Assembly: GCA_963813535.1 (NCBI GenBank)
Contig: CAWEZH010000001.1
Coordinates: 145,093 to 209,092, forward strand
Length of the DNA: 64,000 nucleotides
Origin: an uncultured Chloroflexia bacterium
GTDB taxonomy: Bacteria; Chloroflexota; Limnocylindria; Limnocylindrales; CSP1-4
Direction of reading: 5' to 3'
Numbering within the stretch: the stretch's first letter is position 1; each line of letters opens with the position of its first letter. Both the position numbers and the translations under genes were made by a program. Of this stretch, positions 51,474 through 59,531 are shown piece by piece. The notes under the pieces were generated by a model. The model made no database searches, was not told where the DNA came from, and saw only the letters and a program-made list of their open reading frames with translations.

Positions 51474-52624
51474 CGATGCACCGTCAGTCCGAGCTCGCGG
51501 GTCAGCAGCAGTGCGCACGCCCCGAGGAGCGTGACGTCCTCGCCGATGCCCCCGTCCTCGATCGTCGTCTCGCGGCCGGTCGCGGCGAGGCTGCGCTGGG
51601 TGGCTTCGTCCCGGACCGCTTGCAGCCAGGGCTCGCCGAGCTCTGTGACGGTCCCGACGACGGTTATCTGGCGGACGTCGAGCGCACCGACGAGTTGGGC
51701 GATCGCGCCGCCGAGAGCCCGGCCGGCCGTCCTGACCACGCCCAGTGCCTGGTCGTCGCCGGCGGCGGCCCTCTCGGCCAGGTCGTCCAGGCTCTTCGCG
51801 CCGGACCGGCGGATGATGGCGGGCGCGCTCGCGACGGTCTCGAGACAGCCGTAGCGACCGCAGTGACAGGCATCGCCATCGGGGTCGACCACGACGTGAC
51901 CGATCTCGCCGGCCGCCTCGCCGTCACCGCCGAACAGCTGATCGCGGAGGACCAACCCGGCACCGATGCCGCGACCGACCTTGACCACGATGAGGTTCGC
52001 CGGCCGCACGTCGCCCTTGAAGAGATACGTCGCGAAGGCGGCAGCGCGGCTGTCGTTGGCGACGACGGTCGGCAGACGGTGGCGCTCCTGGAGGAGGCGC
52101 GCGAGCGGGAGGTCCTGCCAGTCGAGGCTGACGGCCCAGCGGATCGTGCCGTCCTGGTCGACGATGCCCGGCGTGCCGACGCCGATGCCGAGGACCGTGG
52201 TGGTCGCCGCCGCGCGGACTTCGTCGATGAGCTCGTGGACGACGTCGACGGCCTGGTCGCCATCGCGTCCGTCGAGGTCGCGGGTGGTTCGTGCCGCCAG
52301 CTCGCCGCGGAGGTTGGCAAGCGCCGCGGTGAAGGTCCGCTCGCCGAGGTCGAGGGTGATGATCGACCGGCTATTGGCGTTGAGGGCGACGAGGGTCGGC
52401 TGCTTGCCGCCGGTGCTCGGGCCGCGCCCGACGTCGATCGCCAGACCGTCGCGCTCGAGGTCGCTGACCAGCTCGCCGACGCTGGTGCGGGTCAGGCCCG
52501 TGAGGCGCGCGATGTCGGCGCGAGAGATCGGCCCGAGGTCGTACAGCGCCCGCAGCACGAGCGCGGCGTTGTGTGCTCGCGTCTGCGCGTGGGTGGCCTT
52601 CGTCGGGAACTCGGTGCGCGCCAC
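51470..52624 (-). CDS. ROK family transcriptional repressor (NagC/XylR-like)
   Basis: N-terminal wHTH ISRADIARLTGLTRTSV, STGGKQP linker, ROK domain with CHCG..GCLE. Confidence 0.92.
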   Translation of the reverse strand: MARTEFPTKATHAQTRAHNAALVLRALYDLGPISRADIARLTGLTRTSVGELVSDLERDGLAIDVGRGPSTGGKQPTLVALNANSRSIITLDLGERTFTAALANLRGELAARTTRDLDGRDGDQAVDVVHELIDEVRAAATTTVLGIGVGTPGIVDQDGTIRWAVSLDWQDLPLARLLQERHRLPTVVANDSRAAAFATYLFKGDVRPANLIVVKVGRGIGAGLVLRDQLFGGDGEAAGEIGHVVVDPDGDACHCGRYGCLETVASAPAIIRRSGAKSLDDLAERAAAGDDQALGVVRTAGRALGGAIAQLVGALDVRQITVVGTVTELGEPWLQAVRDEATQRSLAATGRETTIEDGGIGEDVTLLGACALLLTRELGLTVHR

Positions 52625-52675
52625 TGGTGCGGTGGCCCCTCCGCCTCGCTCACCGTCCGCCGCGACCCTCGCACG

Positions 52676-52745
52676 ACTTCGTCCGGTGAGTTGACAAAGG
52701 GCATCCTATGCGCCGGTCGCACTTTGTCAATACCCCGGACAAAGT
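52676..52745 (-). promoter_or_regulatory. sigma70 promoter with two ROK-type operators
   Basis: Minus-strand TTGACA (52725-52730), 16 nt, TAGGAT (52703-52708). Palindromes ACTTTGTC-N9-GACAAAGT (52721-52745) and ACTTCGTC-N9-GACAAAGG (52676-52700). Confidence 0.8.
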
Positions 52746-52760
52746 TCGCCAGGTGCGCGG

Positions 52761-53489
52761 TCAGACGACGGCGAGGAGCTCCTCGAACGACCGCGCATTC
52801 GCCACTGCACACGCCCTGTGGTCGTTGTTGAAGTAGACGTACCCGTCGCGCGGTCGGCCGGGCAATGTCTCCACCCGCTCGAACCACGACCGCAGCGCCC
52901 GGTCGCCGTAGCAGGGTCGTGGAGTGGCACTCCCCCGGTGCATGCGGAGGTAGAACCAGCCGCTCGTCGACCAGAGCGGTGTGACGGGTCCACGGCGATC
53001 GGCCAGGACGAACGCCGCATCGTGCGCTCGGAGCACCTCGCACAGCTCCGGCACGAACCAGCTCTTGTGGCGTGGCTCGACCGCCACCCGGACGCGATCG
53101 CCGAATGCCTCGAGCGTCCGGTCGAGGCGCTCCAGGTCGATCTCGAGACTCGGTGGTAGCTGGAGCAGGATCGGCCCTAGCCGATCACCCAGGATCGACG
53201 CCCGCTCCATCAGGTACTCGACCGACCCCTGCGGATCGGCAAGCCGTTTGATGTGGGTCAGGTACCGACTCGCCTTCACCGCGAACACGAACCCGTCCGG
53301 CACGGCGTCGCGCCAGCCGCGGAACGCGCTGGCCGCCGGCATCCGGTAGAAGGTGACGTTGAGCTCGACCGTGGCGAAATGCTCGGCGTAGTACGCCAGC
53401 CGATCGCCCGGCTTGATGAACCGCGGGTAGAACGTACCGCGCCAGTCCTTGTAGTCGAAGCCGGACGTCCCGACGAGGATGGCCATCAC
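52761..53489 (-). CDS. DUF72 family protein
   Basis: VGTSGF, VELNVTFYRMP, AVKASRYLTH, LLQLPP and YFNND motifs. Confidence 0.92.
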   Translation of the reverse strand: MMAILVGTSGFDYKDWRGTFYPRFIKPGDRLAYYAEHFATVELNVTFYRMPAASAFRGWRDAVPDGFVFAVKASRYLTHIKRLADPQGSVEYLMERASILGDRLGPILLQLPPSLEIDLERLDRTLEAFGDRVRVAVEPRHKSWFVPELCEVLRAHDAAFVLADRRGPVTPLWSTSGWFYLRMHRGSATPRPCYGDRALRSWFERVETLPGRPRDGYVYFNNDHRACAVANARSFEELLAVV

Positions 53490-53755
53490 CGCAGGGTCAG
53501 CGCTCCGCCGATACGCGCGCGACCTCGATCAGCTCCCTTGCGTTGCGGGTGCCTGCGGGGCGTTGCTGGGCAACGGCTCGCAGATGAGCCACGCGCTCCC
53601 GATGCGCATCACCTGCACGGCACCCAGGTTCTGATCCAGGTCGAGGGCCACGGGACCGCCAGGGCGTTCACGAGCGGGACCACCGCCACTCGACGCACGG
53701 TGTGATGCTTATCGGCCCGCCGGGCGACCTCCGGCGCGCCGTACACTCGACCTCC

Positions 53756-54685
53756 ATGCGTCCTCGTCAGATCGGCTTGACGCTCCTGACCATGGTCCTC
53801 GCGGCTTGCGGCGGTACCACCGCGTCGACCGCCCCTTCGAGCGCGCCGTCGCTGAGCGCCAGCGCGTCCGCGGAACTCGTGGCCGACGTCGACGTCGGCG
53901 GTCGGACCATGCATCTCGTGTGCGTCGGCCCGAGCGACACGGGCGAGCCGACGGTCTTGCTCGAGTCAGGCGGCGGCATGGACTACAGCGCGTGGGGCGA
54001 GATCCTGCCCGTGTTGGGGTCGACCCATCGGCTGTGCGCCTATGACCGCGCCGGCTTAGGGGCGAGCGACCCGCCCGCCGAGGCGTCGCGCCTCGCTGCG
54101 GACCAGGTCGCGGACCTTCGCGCGATGCTCGATACGGCAGGCGTCAGCGGGCCGTTCGTGATCGGATCGTGGTCGTACGGCGCGACCGTGGCGACCCTCT
54201 TCACCAAGGCCTACCCCGACGACGTCGTCGGCCTGCTGTTCGTCGACCCGCAGAGTCCCGGCGTCGTCGCGAGGTGGCGGGAAGCGCTGCCGGCAAAGGC
54301 CGCCGACGAGCCCGCCAGCGTCACGAGCCTCCGGAATGAGTTCGATACCTTCTACGACGACCCATCGATGAACCCCGAGCACGTCCATCTCCTGCCCAGC
54401 CTCGCGGCGGCGGCTGCAGCGCTTGAGGCGCCCGGGGAGCTGTTCGGGGACCGGCCGGTCGTCGTGTTGAGCGCCGGCTCGACGCCGGCGACCCAGCAGG
54501 GATTGCCAGCCGACCTCGCGACGACGCTCGATGACCTTTGGGTCGCTACTCAGCAGGAGCTCGCGGACGAGTCGACCGCGGGCACGCGTGAGACGGTAGC
54601 TGGCGCCGGACACGCGATCCAGCACGAAAAGCCGCAGGCCGTGATCGACGCGCTCGAAAAGGTCGTCGCCGCAGCGAAGGGCTAG
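53756..54685 (+). CDS. Alpha/beta hydrolase lipoprotein
   Basis: Lipobox LAAC, YDRAGLGAS, SWSYG nucleophile elbow, GAGHAIQHEKP. Confidence 0.88.
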   Translation: MRPRQIGLTLLTMVLAACGGTTASTAPSSAPSLSASASAELVADVDVGGRTMHLVCVGPSDTGEPTVLLESGGGMDYSAWGEILPVLGSTHRLCAYDRAGLGASDPPAEASRLAADQVADLRAMLDTAGVSGPFVIGSWSYGATVATLFTKAYPDDVVGLLFVDPQSPGVVARWREALPAKAADEPASVTSLRNEFDTFYDDPSMNPEHVHLLPSLAAAAAALEAPGELFGDRPVVVLSAGSTPATQQGLPADLATTLDDLWVATQQELADESTAGTRETVAGAGHAIQHEKPQAVIDALEKVVAAAKG

Positions 54686-54794
54686 TCGCTGCAGCGCACC
54701 GACGGATCGCCGACGGACGTGGGCAGCCGGTTGCCCACGACTACACTCGACGGGCCATGCGACCTCGTTCCTTGACGGGCGGACCCATCGCGGG

Positions 54795-55628
54795 GTGCGC
54801 GTGAGCCCACCGGACCAGATCCCGAGCACCGATCTCCCGCCGGAGTCCGAGCTGTGGCGTCGCCTGCTGCTCGGCACCGATCCCAGCGTCGTCAGACTCC
54901 GTCGGCGGCATCGACGCATCCCCAGCCCGCCGCGCTGCAAGATGTGCGCGGCGCCATTCGGGCCGCCAGGCGGCTGGGTGCTCCGGTATTTCGGCCACGC
55001 GCGTTGGGCAAAGAATCCGAAGTACTGCGAGGGGTGCTTCCGGACGCTGCAGGCCAACCACGGCGGCGCCGAGGTGGACTGCTCCCTGCTCTTCGCCGAC
55101 GTCCGAGGTTCGACTGCCCTCGCCGAGCGCATGCGCCCGACCGAGTTCCGAGCGCTGATGGGTCGCTTCTACGACGAGGCCTTCGCTGCGCTGATCGACT
55201 TCAACGCGATCGTCGACAAGTTCGTCGGCGACGAGGTGATCGGCATCTTCATCCCGGCCTATTCCGGCGAGGAGCACGCTCGCCACGCGGTGGACGCCGC
55301 GCGCCGGTTGCTCGACGTGACCGGACACGGCCGCACGGGCGGGCCGTGGATCCCCATCGGGATCGGCGTCCACAGCGGTGTCGCGTTCGTCGGATCCGTC
55401 GGCCAAGGACCCGACACCGAGCTGACCGCGATGGGCGACGCCGTCAACGTCGCGGCACGACTCGCCGCAGCGGCAGGCCCCGGTGAGATCCTGGTCACGG
55501 CGGGAGCGGCGACCGTCGCGGGGGGCATCGTCGGCCGTGAACATCGGTCACTCCAGCTGAAGGGGAAGTCCGGCCTCACCGATGTCGTGGTCGTGACGGC
55601 CAACCGACCCGAGGGCACCCGCAACTAG
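54795..55628 (+). CDS. Class III adenylate cyclase with N-terminal CxxC...CxxC zinc finger
   Basis: CKMC and CEGC; LFADVRGST, DKFVGDE and TAMGDAVNVAARL. Confidence 0.88.
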   Translation: MRVSPPDQIPSTDLPPESELWRRLLLGTDPSVVRLRRRHRRIPSPPRCKMCAAPFGPPGGWVLRYFGHARWAKNPKYCEGCFRTLQANHGGAEVDCSLLFADVRGSTALAERMRPTEFRALMGRFYDEAFAALIDFNAIVDKFVGDEVIGIFIPAYSGEEHARHAVDAARRLLDVTGHGRTGGPWIPIGIGVHSGVAFVGSVGQGPDTELTAMGDAVNVAARLAAAAGPGEILVTAGAATVAGGIVGREHRSLQLKGKSGLTDVVVVTANRPEGTRN

Positions 55629-55659
55629 CGGAAACAGCACGCCCGTTCTGTTCACGGCC

Positions 55660-55764
55660 CGTGGAAACGCTGGTGACAACCCGCCAGCTGGCCGTGGACA
55701 GCCAGGCCACGGTCGTGGAAATCCTCGCCTCGAGCGTGGACCAGCACGGATCGTGCGTGGAAAC
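55660..55764. repeat. Phased array of CGTGGA(A/C)AN 9-mers (DnaA-box-like)
   Basis: Copies at 55672, 55693, 55714, 55735 and 55756 (21-bp period) plus an off-phase copy at 55660. Confidence 0.7.
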
Positions 55765-55771
55765 CGCCAAA

Positions 55772-55820
55772 ACACCACATGTTGCGCTCGGTCATCCCAG
55801 CCAACCACAACATCTTGTGT
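55772..55820 (+). promoter_or_regulatory. Tandem NrdR boxes
   Basis: ACACCACATGTTGCGC (55772) and CCACAACATCTTGTGT (55805) resemble acaCwAtATaTwGtg, 33 bp apart, upstream of an RNR gene. Confidence 0.85.
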
Positions 55821-55827
55821 CAAAGGC

Positions 55828-55856
55828 TTGACGCTCCGCCGCTCGAAGCGTATCGT
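55828..55856 (+). promoter_or_regulatory. sigma70 promoter of nrdJ
   Basis: TTGACG-N17-TATCGT. Confidence 0.7.
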
Positions 55857-56004
55857 AGATCGGGTCGAAACATCGCCCGAGACGCCCAGATCGACGCTCC
55901 CACCAGCCCCCCTTCACGGCGGGTAGCGTGCCCAGGACAGCTCGACGAACGACACGACGGACTGGTTGCGGTAGCTACCGCGGGATGAGGTGAGGAGACA
56001 ACAG

Positions 56005-59000
56005 ATGGCCCGAGCGACTGGCACTCCCGTCATGGACCGCGTCGAGAAGGCAACCAAGGCGCCGCGTCGCCACGCCGGTCCCTACGGGGCGAGCTTCGAC
56101 GGGACGGATCCCGCCGGCAAGCCGGCCAAGGGCCTGACCTTCGAGCGTCGCTGGACGACGCCGGGCATCCACCCGTACGACGAGATCACCTGGGAGTACC
56201 GGACCGCCGGCATCAGCTCCGAGACCGGCAAGAGCGTCTTCGAGCAGAAGGACGTCGAGGTCCCCACGTTCTGGTCGCAGCTCGCCACCAACGTCGTGGT
56301 CAGCAAGTACTTCCGCGGCCACCTCAACACCCCGGAGCGCGAGACCAGCGTCCGACAGCTCATCGACCGGGTGGTCAATACGATCGCGGCCTGGGCCGAG
56401 ACCCAGCGCTACTTCGCGACCGACGCGGACCTCGCGACCTTCAAGGCCGAGCTCACGCACCTGCTCGTCCACCAGAAGATGGCGTTCAACTCGCCGGTCT
56501 GGTTCAACGTCGGCATCGAAGAGAAGCCGCAGTGCTCGGCCTGCTTCATCAACTCGGTCCAGGACTCGATGTCGTCGATCATGGATCTCGCCAAGACCGA
56601 GGCCATGCTCTTCAAGTTCGGCTCGGGCGCGGGCTCCAACCTGAGCACCATCCGGAGCTCCAAGGAGAAGATGTCGGGCGGCGGCACGGCGTCCGGCCCA
56701 GTCAGTTTCATGAAGGGCTACGACGCCTTCGCCGGCGTCGTGAAGTCGGGCGGCAAGACCCGCCGCGCGGCCAAGATGGTCATCCTCGATGCCGGCCACC
56801 CGGACATCCTCGAGTTCGTCGACTCGAAGCTGAACGAGGAGAAGAAGGCCTGGGCCCTCATCGAGCAGGGCTACGACCCCAGCTTTACGGGTGAGGCCTA
56901 CGGCTCGGTCTTCTTCCAGAACGCCAACCACAGCGTCCGCGTCACGGACGAGTTCATGAAGGCTGTCGAGAACGACCAGGAGTGGACCACCCACAACGTG
57001 GTCGATGGCGTCCCGGCCGACACCTACCAGGCCCGCGACATCTTCCGGCGCATGGCCGAGGCGGCGCACGTCTGCGGCGACCCGGGCATCCAGTACGACA
57101 CGACGATCAACGACTGGCACACCTCGGCCAACACGGATCGCATCCACGCGAGCAACCCGTGCTCCGAGTACATGTTCCTCAACGACACAGCGTGCAACCT
57201 GGCCAGCCTCAACCTGATGAAGTTCGTCGATGCGGACGGCGAGTTCGATCCCGAGGCCTACCGCTTCGCGGCCAAGGTGACGCTGACGGCGCAGGAGATC
57301 CTGGTCGACAACGCCAGCTACCCGACGCTGAAGATCGAGGAGAACAGCCACAAGTTCCGACCGCTCGGACTCGGCTACGCCAACCTCGGCGCGCTGCTGA
57401 TGAGCCGCGGCCTGGCCTACGACTCGGACGAGGGGCGCAACTTCGCCGCGGCCCTCACCGCGATCATGCACGGCGAGGCGTACAAGCAGTCGGCGATCAT
57501 CGCCCGCGACCACGGCGGCCCGTTCGTCGAGTACAAGACCAACGAACAGCCGTTCCTGCGGGTCATCGGCAAGCATCGCGATGCGGCCTATCGGATCCCG
57601 GTCGAGGGCGTGCCCGCCGACCTGATCCGCCACGCCCACCAGGTCTATGACGAGGCACTCGAGCTGGGCAAGAAGCACGGCTATCGCAACGCCCAGGTCA
57701 CCGTCCTCGCCCCGACCGGGACCATCGCATTCATGATGGATTGCGATACCACCGGGGTCGAGCCGGACATCGCGCTCATCAAGTACAAGAAGCTGGTCGG
57801 CGAGGGCTTCCTCAAGATCGTCAACCAGACGGTGCCGGCCGCGCTCAAGAAGCTCGGCTACACGGCGACCCAGGTCGAGGAGATCCTCGAGTACGTCAAC
57901 GAGCGCGAGACGATCGAAGGCGCGCCGCACCTCAAGATCGAGCACCTGCCGGTCTTCGACTGCGCCTTCAAGCCGGCCAACGGCGTGCGGTCCATCCACT
58001 ACATGGGCCACGTCCGGATGATGGGTGCGATCCAGCCGTTCATCTCGGGCGCGATCAGCAAGACCGTGAACATGCCCGAGGCCGCGACGGCCCAGGAGAT
58101 CGAGCAGGTCTACCTCGAGGGCTGGAAGCAGGGCCTCAAGGCGATCGCGATCTACCGCGACAACTCGAAGCGCAGCCAGCCGCTGTCGACCGGCAAGAAG
58201 GCTCCAGGCGAGGTCATCGACACCGAGGCCGTGACGCAGCTCAAGAAGGAGCTGGCGAAGGCGCAGAAGGAGGCCGCCCTCCCCCATCGCCGGCGCCTGC
58301 CGGCCGAGCGGTCGGCGGTCACCCACCGGTTCGACATCGCCGGCCACGAGGGCTACATCACGGTCGGCCTCTACCCGGACGGGCAGCCGGGCGAGATCTT
58401 CCTGAAGATGGCCAAGGAGGGGTCCACGGTCTCGGGGTTGATGGACTCCTTCGCAACGACCGTCTCCGTCGCGTTGCAGTACGGCGTTCCGCTGCGCGAC
58501 CTGGTCAACAAGTTCGCGCACGTCCGGTTCGAGCCGTCGGGCTTCACCGGCAACCAGGAGATCCCGATCGCCAAGTCGATCGTGGACTACATCTTCCGGT
58601 GGCTGGGCTCGCGGTTCCTGCCGACCGACGAGAAGGCGACGCTGGGCCTGATCGACCGGTCGGCACTGGCCGAGACGACGGACGCACCGACCACTCCGCT
58701 TTCGTTCGGGACAACTGACTCGGCACCGGTCGATCCGGCGCCGAACCTGGGGGCACAGCCCGTGGCCTCCGAGGCGGTGGCTCCTCCAACCGCCTCGGAG
58801 GTCCAATCCACCCAGTCGGGGAGTGCGCCGGAGAGTGCCTCGGCGTCAGCGGCGCAGGGGCCCGCGGCCGAGGCAGCTCCCCGGGAAGAGCTGGCGGTGG
58901 TCGCCACGAACGGTCACGCCAACGGCCACGCGGCGAACGGCAACGGCAAGACCGAGAGCAACGGTGGCGGTGGCAATGGCGGGGGCGCCTTCACGATGAG

Positions 59001-59133
59001 TCTTGGAGCGACGAAGGTCAGCTTCCAGACCCAGGCGGACGCCCCGTCGTGCGCCGAATGCGGCTCGATCATGGTCCGCAATGGCAGCTGCTACAAGTGC
59101 CTCAACTGCGGGAGCACCTCCGGCTGCAGCTGA
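56005..59133 (+). CDS. nrdJ: Class II (adenosylcobalamin-dependent) ribonucleotide reductase with TSCPD domain and C-terminal Zn ribbon
   Basis: NSPVWFN, CSACFI, GGKTRRAAKM, NPCSE, CNLAS, APTGT, ISKTVN and YRD motifs; CAEC/CLNC at the C-terminus. Confidence 0.96.
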   Translation: MARATGTPVMDRVEKATKAPRRHAGPYGASFDGTDPAGKPAKGLTFERRWTTPGIHPYDEITWEYRTAGISSETGKSVFEQKDVEVPTFWSQLATNVVVSKYFRGHLNTPERETSVRQLIDRVVNTIAAWAETQRYFATDADLATFKAELTHLLVHQKMAFNSPVWFNVGIEEKPQCSACFINSVQDSMSSIMDLAKTEAMLFKFGSGAGSNLSTIRSSKEKMSGGGTASGPVSFMKGYDAFAGVVKSGGKTRRAAKMVILDAGHPDILEFVDSKLNEEKKAWALIEQGYDPSFTGEAYGSVFFQNANHSVRVTDEFMKAVENDQEWTTHNVVDGVPADTYQARDIFRRMAEAAHVCGDPGIQYDTTINDWHTSANTDRIHASNPCSEYMFLNDTACNLASLNLMKFVDADGEFDPEAYRFAAKVTLTAQEILVDNASYPTLKIEENSHKFRPLGLGYANLGALLMSRGLAYDSDEGRNFAAALTAIMHGEAYKQSAIIARDHGGPFVEYKTNEQPFLRVIGKHRDAAYRIPVEGVPADLIRHAHQVYDEALELGKKHGYRNAQVTVLAPTGTIAFMMDCDTTGVEPDIALIKYKKLVGEGFLKIVNQTVPAALKKLGYTATQVEEILEYVNERETIEGAPHLKIEHLPVFDCAFKPANGVRSIHYMGHVRMMGAIQPFISGAISKTVNMPEAATAQEIEQVYLEGWKQGLKAIAIYRDNSKRSQPLSTGKKAPGEVIDTEAVTQLKKELAKAQKEAALPHRRRLPAERSAVTHRFDIAGHEGYITVGLYPDGQPGEIFLKMAKEGSTVSGLMDSFATTVSVALQYGVPLRDLVNKFAHVRFEPSGFTGNQEIPIAKSIVDYIFRWLGSRFLPTDEKATLGLIDRSALAETTDAPTTPLSFGTTDSAPVDPAPNLGAQPVASEAVAPPTASEVQSTQSGSAPESASASAAQGPAAEAAPREELAVVATNGHANGHAANGNGKTESNGGGGNGGGAFTMSLGATKVSFQTQADAPSCAECGSIMVRNGSCYKCLNCGSTSGCS

Positions 59134-59139
59134 AGGACG

Positions 59140-59398
59140 GGCCAGGGTAGAGGTCACTCGGGAGGTACCCGCGTCGATCTCCGTCGTGGCGGGTGCTCCG
59201 TCGAGTTGGTAGTGCACGATGCCGCCGAACGCGCCGCTCGCGCTGGGCGTGGCGGACGCGGTCGCCACTGGTGCCGATGTTGAGGCCGTGCCCTGCGTGG
59301 GTGCCGCGCTCGGAGCGGCTGGCGCCTGAGTGCTCGCTGCGCCACCGCAGCCAACGAATGAGGACTGCGATGACGAGGCCACCGAGGAACTTTCGCAT
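59140..59398 (-). pseudogene. Truncated/frameshifted lipoprotein gene remnant
   Basis: AGGAGG SD; MRKFLGGLVIAVL then a frameshift to FVGCGGAASTQAPAAPS...; the frame runs antisense into the nrdJ end without its own nearby stop. Confidence 0.5.
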
Positions 59399-59531
59399 GG
59401 TCATCCCTCCTACTTACTGACCATGTGGAAGGAATGGCGTCAGAAAGTTCCATCCTTGTCATTACCGAACGGCTCAGTCGACGCTGCTCGCCAGCGACGC
59501 CCTGCCTCCCCCGCCGACTTAGCATGGGCGG

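Noticed and set aside
53490-53740. Small ORFs or a gene remnant between DUF72 and the hydrolase
   Set aside because: Short frames with no recognisable motif or convincing start; cannot be supported.
55904-55926. AGCCCCCCTTCACGGCGGGTAG resembling an IS200/IS605 end hairpin
   Set aside because: Imperfect stem and no tnpA/tnpB in the window.
55860-56004. Cobalamin riboswitch upstream of the B12-dependent RNR
   Set aside because: No GCCACTG/GGGAAG B12-box elements seen.
55975-58806. 943-aa antisense ORF over nrdJ (likewise 33361-35859, 17424-19520, 12077-13987, 26263-28203)
   Set aside because: Shadow ORFs caused by high-GC codon bias opposite well-supported genes; no motifs.
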